Source: Histomonas meleagridis 2922-C6/04-290x
Lineage: Eukaryota > Protista > Parabasalia
Assembly: GCA_020184695.1 (NCBI GenBank)
Contig: JAANOX010000236.1
Location: 1 to 64,000, forward strand
Reading direction: 5' to 3'
Length of the DNA: 64,000 nucleotides
The translations under genes and the position numbers were made by a program. Of the stretch, positions 1 through 10,051 are shown piece after piece (position 1 is the first letter of the stretch; each line of letters starts with the position of its first letter). The notes below the pieces were generated by a model that worked only from the letters and a program-made list of their open reading frames with translations, was not told the DNA's origin and ran no database searches.

Positions 1-537
1 TACCATCCAAATACGATAAAAAGTAGGTGTAATAGAGATAAATCTCCAAGAATGAGGATTTTGAGCATCATATTTTTTGTATAACATAATTGTTTTACTT
101 AATTTAAATAATTCAGGACATTTTTTAGTTAACATAGTAATTTTAGTAGTAATTTTAATTAATTTAATAGTAGTAGTATCTCCTAATTTCCAAATATAAT
201 TAGAAATACCATCGGGACCATAAGCAGCCGCATTAGATCTAGAAAAAATTGCATGTTTAATATTATCATCATCAAAAATATAATTTAATAATAATTCATT
301 ACTATTAAGGTTAATAATGTTTTTAAAGTCAAATTCATGGGAGTCATTAATAAATTTTTCTTGACTCCAATTATTACCATATTCCATCATAAAATCTTCA
401 GGATTTAAGTTACATTCAGGAGTCGTATTATTAGTGATAAACCAACGTAAACATCTACTAGAATCTTCCATGTAAAGATTTTGTACTAAACCTTTATAGT
501 TTTTGATTTTTATTATTATTACTAACTTGATTTTTCT
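1..537 (-). pseudogene. Reverse transcriptase N-terminal fragment (open frame running off the window)
   Basis: Stop-free frame 537..1 with GPDGI and WRFISITPTFYRI motifs; upstream in-frame TAA at 538-540. Not in the ORF track because it has no stop inside the window. Confidence 0.88.
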
Positions 538-1557
538 TTAATTTTTAGCATCAATGAACTTAATTTTTATTTTCATAATAGTCTTCCGCTGATTGTATTA
601 GATTTATAATATCTTGAGGCTCATTAATTTCAAGAATAGATTTTTATTTCATCCGGGAGGAAATTGATGGTTTTTAATAATCTTTTCTTGAAGTTTAGAC
701 ATTGTATTAGAGAATAAATTGAGATTGAGGCTTATGATATAAATCTTTAAATTTGTTTAACCAAAACGTAATTTTACATAAATTATGTGTCTCCATTTCT
801 TTGTTACGAAGATCTATTCTATCTTCTGTGCTAGTGACTACTGTGTTCCTTCTGTTTAACATTTTTATTCAACGGAATTTTTAAAATATCTATTAATTCA
901 TCACGAATTAACATATTAATTTTTAGAAAGGCAACCTTCCCAAATATAAAAAAATCTTCATCATTACAATTATTATAATCTTGAGGTTTACAAATTTCTA
1001 TTAAAAAAATTCGATTTTTATATTTAAATAAATCTGGTAATTTAGCTCTAATTTTAAATTTATTTTTTTACCCCAAGTTTTTAGGTAATGATATAAATTG
1101 AGATTCTTGTTCTTGATTATCAGAAGTCCATTTTCTAGCTAAAATTAATAATTGGTCTCTATTTAAATTTTTAATTTTATTTAAATCAAATTCATTATTA
1201 ATTAAATTTAAATTTACTGGGGGATGTATTTGATCTGGAGGAGTTAAATTTAATGTTCGGGAATTTTGAATTGCTTGTAATTGTAAATCTCTATTTAAAT
1301 TAATACGGTCATTTTCTTCTCTTCTTTGTCTTTGTTCCATAGCATTTGTTTGTTCATTATTTAAAATGAAAAGGAATTTCTCTGACCGCTAATCTTTCTC
1401 TTTCTGTGATTGTTCTACTCATAAACACTTTATCTTCATAATCTTTGATATCTTTTTTAATTACTTCTAATTCTGTTTCATTAAAATTTAAATACATTAA
1501 AGGACAACATTTAATTCTATAATAAGGTAAATTTGTACCTTCAATAGTATTTAATGC

Positions 1558-1825
1558 ATGATTCTTTTTACAATGATTATGTAAACCTTTAGAATCAGAA
1601 GTCCAATATGTTTTCACAATATTGACAAACAAAAACCTTCTTTTAAGTTTAATTATATCTAAACATGAAGGAATTTTTGTCGTAAGTATTAACATATTGT
1701 AACATTGTAGACCAAAACCAACCAATAGAATTCTTCATTTTCTCAAAATCTTTATGAGAATAAGTAATATGAGAGAAAAGGGATTTATTTGTATTTGAAA
1801 AATATTTACAATTAGGTATTGGACA
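1558..1825 (-). other. Two C2H2-type zinc fingers of the retroelement ORF
   Basis: CPIPNCKYFSNTNKSLFSHITYSH (1825-1754) is intact. FVCQYC...[frameshift]...YWTSDSKGLHNHCKKNH (about 1633-1558) is split across two frames. Confidence 0.7.
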
Positions 1826-2757
1826 AACGTAAACATTATTTCGATAACACTCAGGTTTATCTTCTTCATAAATTAATTTCCAATATAAATCATTATTGAT
1901 TAAATATTTAATGCAACCATATAAATGATTTTTGATCAAGCTTATGATTATGAACTTTAGTCATAGGACTAATCAAATCATTACCTGATTTAGTTAATTT
2001 ATAACATTCACATTGACAAGGGAATTGACCTGGTGCACACCATTTTATTTTCTCTAATCATAATATGAATTAATGGTTGTTTAGCTAAATTAATATCTTC
2101 ATGTTTCCAACAATTTAAGTTATTTAAATTCTTCCATTTATTAATAAAATCTTTAATATCATCAGGTAATCTACAAAGTTTTAAGTCACTAATTAATTTA
2201 TTATAAATAATATCATCTGGTAATAAATCACTAATATCATCAATTCCGGAATCTGAATCATCTGAACCCTCTGAATCAGAAGGATCAGGAAAAGAAGGAT
2301 TATTTGATGGATCATTATTTGAAGTATCAGTAGAAGTAATATGATTAACATTATCATCTGAATAAGTATCTGAAGCATTGTAATTTGAATCATCTGAAGA
2401 AAAAAAGTAGATAAATTAGTAATTTTTTTAAAAAATTTTGGAACACTAATATAATTAAATTCCAAAATTGGGACTATAACATCTATTGTTTTAGTTTCTT
2501 TGATAATATTGATTTTCATTTGAGGAATTTCAGCATCATAAGTTAAATCCACTTCATTAACAGTAACTTTCAAACTTTCAACATTAGCTACTGAAGTTTT
2601 ACAACCTTCAATAACTTTGATATCATGAGAAAGAACAGTTGGGGTTGAAGTAACGTTTTGATACTCTGGTATAACAACATGACTTTCGGATATAGGATTT
2701 GAAGTTTTAGTTGTATATACTGGTTCATTAATATGACTTTCTACCAAAGGTTTAGAA

Positions 2758-2919
2758 GTTTTAGTTATATTAATTGGTTCAACTTTATGTTCTTCATTTA
2801 TTGGATTAGAAATTATAGTTTTATTTAATGGTTCAACTTTGTGTTCTTCATTAATTGGTTCAGAAATTATAGTTTTGTTAATAGGTATTACTTTATGTTC
2901 TTCATTAATCGGGTTGGAA
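2758..2919 (-). repeat. Three ~54-nt (18 aa) tandem repeats in the retroelement ORF
   Basis: NPINEEHKVIPINKTIIS / EPINEEHKVEPLNKTIIS / NPINEEHKVEPINITKTS; GGTTCAACTTT recurs at 2776 and 2830 on the plus strand. Ends are approximate. Confidence 0.8.
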
Positions 2920-4086
2920 GTAATAGTATTAATAATTGGTTTATTTATCAAGTTATCTATTTGAGCATCTTCTGTTATAATGTTATTAACTTTGCTGATA
3001 TGTAATTTATCAATTCTAGGACTAGCAGTTAAAATGTTTCTCTTAGGTATAACTTCTAATGAATCTGATTCAGTTGTGATATTTCCGGGATTAAAGGATG
3101 GAGTAACTTGAAAATCTTGAGAATCAGAATTTATTGTTGGAAATTCAAGTTCGGGTTCAAATGAAGGTTCTTCTGAATCCAAATCATAAGTAATAGCCTG
3201 AGCTTGAATATCTTCTGTTTCTTCAACAAATGGTGAATTAGTAAAATTAAAAGTTGCATTATTTTGATTAATTGATCTGTTATCTTGACCAAATGCAATA
3301 AAACCAATTTTGGTATTGTTTTGAACTGGTGAACATGAGTTTATAAAGTTTTTCGAAAAATCATAATTGCAATTAATTTGTAATAAATTCCAAGTATTAT
3401 TAGAAGAATTAATATTTATCTGTTGTTGATTAAGAATATTATACACAATGATCTGAGCTTCATTCCTAATGTGAGAAATCTGTTCATCATTCCAAAATAA
3501 TCTAAACGGGGGATTCTCTAAGTCTGTTTGGTCCTATAATAGGACGTAAATCGAGTAGACCTCTGTCAAATTCCTCTATCGTTGTAGGAATGGGAGGATT
3601 GTGGGTATTAATTCTTAATATATCATGTTGAATAATAGCTTGTCCTCGTGCTAGAATAGCCCCATTCGAGTCATTACATTGTATAGGTAAAAAAATCTGA
3701 GAATATTAATATCTGATGAAATAATCACCCAATTTGGTGGTGGAGGTAATGGTGTTCCTTCTGGGCTTGTTGGTGTTGGGTGGTAATGACGACCTCGTAT
3801 TAATAAAATTTCTTGTTGAAATGGAAGTTCTTGATTAATCTCAAGAACAAAATCTTCATCATTTTCTTTTTGTTTTTTTTCTGGGGCTTCCTCTTCAATA
3901 ATCGGTTCTATCCTGTGGTCTTGTGCCGTTATTTCATGAGTAGTGTCGGATTTTTCCGCAATATATTTATCTGATAATTTTTCCGACCGAACAAAATTGG
4001 TATCAATCGAGTGCCCTGGGGGAGTTATTTCCGAAAATCGGGTTCTCGGACGCAAAAAATCAATATTCATGAAAAATCAAAAAAAT

Positions 4087-4160
4087 CTCCTCCCGTGTGG
4101 ATCGAACACACGACTTCCAGATTAACAGTCTGACACTCTAACCAACTGAGTTAGGGAGGA
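4087..4160 (-). tRNA. tRNA-Asn (anticodon GTT)
   Basis: Cloverleaf: acceptor TCCTCCC/GGGAGGA plus discriminator G, D arm ACTC/GAGT, anticodon arm TCAGA-CTGTTAA-TCTGG, T arm GTGTG-TTCGATC-CACAC. Followed by a T7 Pol III terminator (4085-4079). Confidence 0.97.
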
Positions 4161-4379
4161 AGCCTATGTACAAAAACAATATTATAATAAAATATATAAC
4201 TATCAAGTAATTTATTTCGTTGTTATTTATTCAAAAATTTTTCGAAAATATTCACACCAAAAATTAAATAGCTCATTTTTTTCCTTTTTATAACAGAACA
4301 ATTTTTTTGACTTTTAAGTGGAATTAAAAAAAAAAAAAAAAAAAAATAAACCGAACTTTTTTATTTCAAATTATTAAAA

Positions 4380-6506
4380 TTAAATTTGCTTCATAAAGTC
4401 ATCTTCTTTAAAATCATTTGCGAATGGATCATTTTCAATATTATTCATTTGAAGTTCGGATGAAAATGTTGTAATTGTTTCATTTTCTTTTTCATCTTCC
4501 AAATCATTTGATTCGGGATTACTAATTTGCTTTTTATTTCTTAATCGAATTAATAAAATAACGAGTAACACAACAATAATAATTACGACAACAATTACAA
4601 CGCATACAATTACCACAATATTTGTACTATCATTTTCATCTATTTCATTTATATAAAAAATAGTGAAAAAATTAGAATAAAAACTATAATAAGTCGAATA
4701 AACGACTATAGTATAATTATAATAAATAAATTCAGTTATAATATATGTGAAATTTGAATTTGTTTTAGAAATAGAATAAGAATTTGTTGGGAAAGAATTA
4801 AAAATACTTATTGTTTGCGTATTAGATAATGAATATAACAAAGTAAATGAATGAGAAATAGTTAAAGCAGAAATAGAATTTGTAAATATTACGTAAAAAG
4901 TGTTATATGTGTTTGATTCAGTAAATGTACTGGAAAAAGAAAATGCATTTGATTGTGTGAATGTATTCAATTTTGTGTATGAATTTGACTGAGTAAATGT
5001 ATTCGATTTTGTTAATGTTTCTGCGGTTGGAAGACATGATGAAATGATTGATCCCTTAGAAACATTAAAATCGCCAAATTTTTCGCTGTTATATGATGTT
5101 AGTGTCATCACAACTTCAGCAGGTACATCCTGAAATGAATTGGATTCAATATTTGGTGATGTTGAACCTTTAAAATAAATACAGTGAAGATTTGTGCACG
5201 ATTGAAATGCATAATTTTTAATGTTATTGATGTTTTCGCCAAGAACAATTGTAAAAAGTGATGTACATCCTGAAAATGAATATGCTTCAAGAATTTCAAC
5301 TGAATACGGTATTGTGATGTTATTCAATGATATACAATTATAAAAAGCTGAATTCCCAATTGATGTAACTGAATTCGGTATTACAATATTGCTTAAATTG
5401 TAACAATTACTAAAAGCTGAATTCCCAATTGATGTAACTGAATTCGGTATTGTGATGTTATTCAATGATATACAATTATAAAAAGCTGAATTCCCAATTG
5501 ATGTAACTGAATTCGGTATTGTGATGTTATTCAATGATATACAATTATAAAAAGCTGAATTCCCAATTGATGTAACTGAATTCGGTATTACAATATTGCT
5601 TAAATTGTAACAATTACTAAAAGCTGAATCCCTAATTAATGTAACTGAATTCGGTATTGTGATGTTATTCAATGATATACAATTATAAAAAGCTGAATTC
5701 CCAATTGATGTAACTGAATTCGGTATTGTGATGTTATTCAATGATATACAATTATAAAAAGCTGAATTCCCAATTGATGTAACTGAATTCGGTATTGTGA
5801 TGTTATTCAATGATATACAATTATAAAAAGCTGAATTCCCAATTGATGTAACTGAATTCGGTATTACAATATTGCTTAAATTGTAACAATTACTAAAAGC
5901 TGAATTCCCAATTGATGTAATATTTTCATTAATTATAATATTATATAATGATAAACAATTTGAAAATGCTGTATTTCCAATTGCTGTAACTGTATTTGGT
6001 AGTTGATAATTTTCTTGTGAATTTGATGGAGGATACCTCACAATTGTCGTAATGCTTTTATCATACAAAACTCCGTCGTTATAATAATTTGCATAGTTTT
6101 GGTTATCATTTGAAACATTAATAATTTCGAGTGATTCACATCCTGAAAATGTATTGCCATAAATTTTGTTAACTGATTTTGAGATATAAATATACTTTAA
6201 TTTAATGCATGATGAAAATGCACTGCCAAAAATTGTTGTAACATTTTCCCCAATAATAATCCTTTCTAAACTAACACAGTTTGAAAACGCACATTCATTA
6301 ATTATTATTACTGAATTTGGAATTGTAATATTATGTAACGATGTACAATCTGAAAAAGCGAAGTCTCTAATATATGTAACATTGTTACCATTTAGTATTG
6401 TTGTTAAATTATAACAATAGCTAAACGCATAACTACCAATAGTTTGTATGAAATTTCCGATATAAACTGTAGTTAGAAAATTTTCTTTTAATATAAAAAA
6501 ATAAAA
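4380..6506 (-). CDS. BspA-like (TpLRR) surface protein with Ser/Thr-rich stalk, single TM and acidic cytoplasmic tail (DPF..DF.E); 5' end unresolved
   Basis: 23-aa LRRs ([19 protein letters not shown]), SxTFTxS stalk, [25 protein letters not shown]. The frame stays open upstream of the track's TTG start up to a TAA at 6507-6509, with no ATG in between. Confidence 0.85.
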   Translation of the reverse strand, partial: FYFFILKENFLTTVYIGNFIQTIGSYAFSYCYNLTTILNGNNVTYIRDFAFSDCTSLHNITIPNSVIIINECAFSNCVSLERIIIGENVTTIFGSAFSSCIKLKYIYISKSVNKIYGNTFSGCESLEIINVSNDNQNYANYYNDGVLYDKSITTIVRYPPSNSQENYQLPNTVTAIGNTAFSNCLSLYNIIINENITSIGNSAFSNCYNLSNIVIPNSVTSIGNSAFYNCISLNNITIPNSVTSIGNSAFYNCISLNNITIPNSVTSIGNSAFYNCISLNNITIPNSVTLIRDSAFSNCYNLSNIVIPNSVTSIGNSAFYNCISLNNITIPNSVTSIGNSAFYNCISLNNITIPNSVTSIGNSAFSNCYNLSNIVIPNSVTSIGNSAFYNCISLNNITIPYSVEILEAYSFSGCTSLFTIVLGENINNIKNYAFQSCTNLHCIYFKGSTSPNIESNSFQDVPAEVVMTLTSYNSEKFGDFNVSKGSIISSCLPTAETLTKSNTFTQSNSYTKLNTFTQSNAFSFSSTFTESNTYNTFYVIFTNSISALTISHSFTLLYSLSNTQTISIFNSFPTNSYSISKTNSNFTYIITEFIYYNYTIVVYSTYYSFYSNFFTIFYINEIDENDSTNIVVIVCVVIVVVIIIVVLLVILLIRLRNKKQISNPESNDLEDEKENETITTFSSELQMNNIENDPFANDFKEDDFMKQI
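5290..5915 (-). repeat. Array of ~9 near-identical 69-nt LRR-coding repeats
   Basis: Two unit types ([23 protein letters not shown] and [23 protein letters not shown]), near identical at DNA level. Ends are approximate. Confidence 0.9.
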
Positions 6507-6565
6507 TTAAAATAAATAAAAAATTAAAACATTTTCTAAATATACTTAAAAAAATAGAAAAATTT

Positions 6566-6886
6566 TTATAACATGTTAAAAGTATCTATTAATGAAATGG
6601 AATATTTGAAACGCCATTTGGTTTCTTGGTTGTTGTGTATTACTTTATTTGATTTTGCAGAAAAAAAGCAAACTTTATTAAAAGATGCTTTAAAATTTTT
6701 ATTATATTGGAGATATTCTTCTTGATAAACTGTGCTAGCGTTGTATGTGTAAATACTTTTCATATCTTCGTTAAACTCGATAAGAAGTTGATGTTTTATT
6801 GTAGAATTAATTGGTTTATTACTTATATATGTGGAAGATAAAACTAGGATAATGAAATAAATAAAAGGTCTTGAGAAGAAAAACAT
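6566..6886 (-). CDS. Small ORF with N-terminal hydrophobic signal-like segment; possibly the detached 5' part of the BspA gene
   Basis: MFFFSRPFIYFIILVLSS...; ends 60 nt before the ATG-less BspA frame. Confidence 0.4.
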   Translation of the reverse strand: MFFFSRPFIYFIILVLSSTYISNKPINSTIKHQLLIEFNEDMKSIYTYNASTVYQEEYLQYNKNFKASFNKVCFFSAKSNKVIHNNQETKWRFKYSISLIDTFNML

Positions 6887-6974
6887 AATGTTTCTTTAAA
6901 AAGCCTCGATGGTCGAAAAATTTTTTTGCAATATAACACAGAAAAACTCAATTTTGAAAATACGTGACCGTTAT

Positions 6975-7230
6975 GAGCAGGGGATGGCCTTATCGTAATT
7001 GTGCGGTTTATTTTACTTGGTGTAATCCACTTGAAGCTGACTTTTGAATGCTTCTTTCTTCATCGCATTTTTGCCTAACCGCAGAAATACATTGAAAAAT
7101 AAACGGTTTCGACTTATTTTCAGTCGATTCGTGGATCAAAACCGTCATGATATTTTTCTTCAACAATAAAAAAATGGTTCTTTGGTTGTTATTCCCCAAT
7201 TTTTTGGTCTTGGGCTTAACCAAGGGCCTT
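6975..7230 (+). ncRNA. Candidate structured ncRNA with Sm-like site (unassigned)
   Basis: Nested helices GGGGA-TGGC/GTTA(T)TCCCC, TGCGGTT/AACCGCA, GAAGC/GCTTC, ACGGTTT/AAACCGT and CGACT/AGTCG, then AATTTTTTGG (7198-7207) and terminal hairpin CTTGG/CCAAG. Confidence 0.35.
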
Positions 7231-7383
7231 AAAATTACTCACCATAATTAATCGGTATTTAATAATCAATGAAAACAACAATTTTTGTTTTGTTAAAAAA
7301 AGACACATTTTGCAGCTTAATAATTTTGAAAAAACTGTACCACGTTTTTTTATTAATTATACATTCAAATAAAGATAAAAAAT

Positions 7384-8013
7384 TTAGGAACATTGTTTCT
7401 TATTTTTCTTATTTGTTTTTTTCTTCGAGGATATTTTTACAATGCTTACCTCGGATTTTTCTGAATTTGTTTCTTTTTCGTTTTCTTCGGGTTTTTTACT
7501 GAGTTTCATTTCTTGGTAAAGTTCATACAACTTTTTTGAAATGGTATAAAAAAGAGGATTAATATTCGTTCCATCAACTGTTGAAGTTCTGATAAAATCT
7601 ATGTTATGAGATTCAGCCCATGAATAAGCATCATCAATATTCATGATTTCTTTTAAATCTGATTTATTTGCAACAAGAACGCATTTAAATTTATCCACAT
7701 GATTGGTAATAAATTTATACCATCCATCCACATGGTCGAACGTTTCTTGTTTAGATTGATCACATACAATTACAACGGCATGTGAACCTTTTGCATAAAT
7801 CGGAACCAAATCTCTAAGACTTTCTTGTCCTGCAGTGTCCCAAATATTCATGACCACTTTAAGATCTTTATATTTCGAAACTATTCTTGAAGAGGTCGCT
7901 CCCAAGGTTGAACTTTGGTTTTGAGTCAATCCTAAGAACTTATGAATAATTGATGTTTTTCCTACGCCTGTATCACCAATAAAGACAACCTTGAAATGAT
8001 ATTTTTCGCACAT
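7384..8013 (-). CDS. Rab-like small GTPase
   Basis: GDTGVGKT (G1), WDTAGQE (G3), NKSD (G4); basic C-terminus ending in QCS. Confidence 0.93.
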   Translation of the reverse strand: MCEKYHFKVVFIGDTGVGKTSIIHKFLGLTQNQSSTLGATSSRIVSKYKDLKVVMNIWDTAGQESLRDLVPIYAKGSHAVVIVCDQSKQETFDHVDGWYKFITNHVDKFKCVLVANKSDLKEIMNIDDAYSWAESHNIDFIRTSTVDGTNINPLFYTISKKLYELYQEMKLSKKPEENEKETNSEKSEVSIVKISSKKKTNKKNKKQCS

Positions 8014-8242
8014 TGCGATTCGTTTTTTTATTTTGAATGAAAACTTTGACTGTTATAAAAAGGAAAAAGGATCTTTTTCAATTGGTTTCACACAAAAAAA
8101 AAACGATTTTCAATTGAAAATTGTTGTTTTGGCATAAATAATTTCAATTAAAAAACGCGTAAACCTATGAAAAGGCTTGAATTTGATTGGCGAATAATTA
8201 TTCTTTTTCAATACTATACAAAAAAGTAAATCACATTCCATT

Positions 8243-9539
8243 TTAATCCATATTGTTGATATTACTATCCGTAAAGGAAAACCCAGGAATATTTCCAAAT
8301 GCAGGAGGTACAAATGAATCTGCCGCATCTTCGGTTGTGAACGTAGGGTCGAAATTTGTTGTTCCCAAGAAATCTTTTGTCTGTGGAATAAAGTTTGGTC
8401 GATATTCTCTATTATAAACTTTATCCCATTCGAATCCTTCAAAGAAAGGATGTCCTTTTAGTTGATCAAATGTTGGCCTTTTGTCTGGATTCTTTGTTAA
8501 TAATAATTGGATAAAATCAATAATTCGACGATCCAATTCAGGTGGGAAGTATGGCTCTGCTGATACGATGTTAGTAAACATTTTCACTTTGTTATCATCG
8601 AAGAAAGGAGTTGTTCCAAGAATCATCTCATATGTCAAAATTCCAAGTGCCCATATATCGATTGGGTAACTATATGGCTTTTGAAGGAGAACTTCGGGCG
8701 CTAAATATTCGGATGTGCCGCAAAATGTTGTGGCTGAATCTGTCAGATTTATCTCTTTTGAGAGGCCAAAATCGGTTATTTTGATGTGACCGTTTGCGTC
8801 GAAGAGAATATTTTCAGGTTTAAGGTCTCGATAGACGATTCCAATCGAATGAAGGTATGAAAGAGCAAGGCCAATCTCAGCTACGTAAAGTCTTGCATCA
8901 TCAATTTGAATAACACCAAGTTGTTCCATATGATAAAAAAGTTCTCCACCTGCTGCATATTCAAGACCTAAATAAAACTTAGAGGCCGTCTGAAAAGTAA
9001 AACAAAGATTAACAATAAAGGGATGATGTGCTTTCATCATGATATTTCGTTCTGTTAAAACGGACTGTTCTTTCCCTGATTCAACAAGTTTGGACTTTTG
9101 GATTGTTTTGATGGCAAAAAGTTCACCGTTGTCGATTTTTTGAACAAGCATAACTTTCCCATAAAATCCACGACCAAGAACTGAAATTATTTTAAATTGA
9201 TCCATTGATAGAGATTGTGGTGGATTGGCCACAGCATTGATGGCAGAAACCCATTTGTTACAAGTTTCAAATGAATCTGCTGTGAAATAATGTGTATCTG
9301 AAGAAATCTGTAATTGAAAACGAGGAATTGTTGATCCTTCAACTAATGAGCAGTTTGCTTTTTGTGGAATTGTTATAGTTTGATCAACAATTTTGCCTGC
9401 TTCATCTTTAGAAATAATTCTGTTAAGTTAGAAAAAAAACATACAGTTTTTGCCCTTGGAGCACAACATAACGTCGATGCCATAAACCTTGTCTAGATCC
9501 CTTTTTCTTGAGCCATCCTGACAGTATTGTGCTGCTCAT
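8243..9539 (-). CDS. PH-domain AGC kinase (Akt/PKB-like); two exons, join(9539..9445, 9419..8243)
   Basis: Removing 9420-9444 fuses MSSTILSGWLKKKGSRQGLWHRRYVVLQGQK to LIISKDEAG...KWVSAINAV (PH domain). Kinase motifs GRGFYGKV, YRDLKPEN, DFG, TFCGTSEYLAPE; AGC C-tail NFD...GFSF. Confidence 0.93.
9420..9444 (-). other. 25-nt spliceosomal intron (trichomonad short type)
   Basis: GTATGTTTTTTTTCTAACTTAACAG: GT donor, TCTAAC branch site, AACAG acceptor. Removal restores the PH-domain frame. Confidence 0.9.
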
Positions 9540-9549
9540 TTGAATGGTC

Positions 9550-9557
9550 TAACGGTT
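9550..9557 (-). promoter_or_regulatory. Myb-recognition (M3-like) core promoter element upstream of the AGC kinase
   Basis: AACCGTTA ends about 10 nt before the ATG. Similar AACGGTT/GACCGTT motifs sit near other gene starts (about 6966, 12173, 22283, 33200, 59441, 61112, 61451). The T. vaginalis M3/MRE core promoter element is established knowledge. Confidence 0.55.
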
Positions 9558-10051
9558 GTCATTTATTTTAAGAAGATAGCCACATCCAAAACGAAAAAAT
9601 TGTGTTAATGAATGAAAATATAATCATTTTCTTTAATTCACAATCAAAGAAATGTCATGGGCGAATAATGCATAATCAAAAACATGATTTTATACCCTTA
9701 TTCAAAGAAATCAAGTTCAAAATTTGCCCGCACCAATAAAGCCGATACATTTTATTGCATTCAATTATTGATAATTATCAGGCATTTTTTTAAATTATTT
9801 TTAATCGTTAAGTCAATTATTTCTTTTGAATGTTGTTCCCTAATTCAATGTATCTTTCAATTTTTTCAGAGCTTTAACCTCCGGTTGTTTTTCGTATTTT
9901 TCAAAAACTTCACTTCCAAAACTTCAGAACTAGCGCAATCATTTGCATAAAGAATAAAGAATTAAGCAACAAGGCCAATCCTTTTTAACCATGTTTTCAA
10001 AAAGCCAAGACACCATAATATAAAAATTTCAAACATTTTAATAAACAATGG

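Larger units (their letters stand above)
1..4070 (-). mobile_element. Degenerate non-LTR retrotransposon (R2/NeSL-like), 5' portion; continues beyond the left edge
   Basis: Manual translation of the minus strand 537..1 gives ...LYMEDSSRCLRWFI...RSNAAAYGPDGISNYIWKLG...KCPELFKLSKTIMLYKKYDAQNPHSWRFISITPTFYRIWMV, the typical start of a non-LTR RT (GPDGI; P..WK.S.T.L..KK.D...WRPIS....YR). Two C2H2 fingers lie upstream. ORF pieces 3651-4070, 2193-3650, 1649-1939, 1357-1725 and 1068-1340 appear to be frameshifted parts of one long ORF. The 5' limit at 4070 is inferred. Confidence 0.8.

Noticed and set aside
6466-6480. TCTAACTACAG in BspA as a short-intron 3' end
   Set aside because: No GT donor at ~25 nt, and the sequence reads in frame as FLTTV within the LRR.
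6961-7010. Resemblance to U6 (minus strand) or canonical U4 (plus strand)
   Set aside because: No ACAGAGA box or AGC triad on the minus strand. No U4 k-turn or TGCTAAT stem I on the plus strand. Kept only as an unassigned ncRNA candidate.
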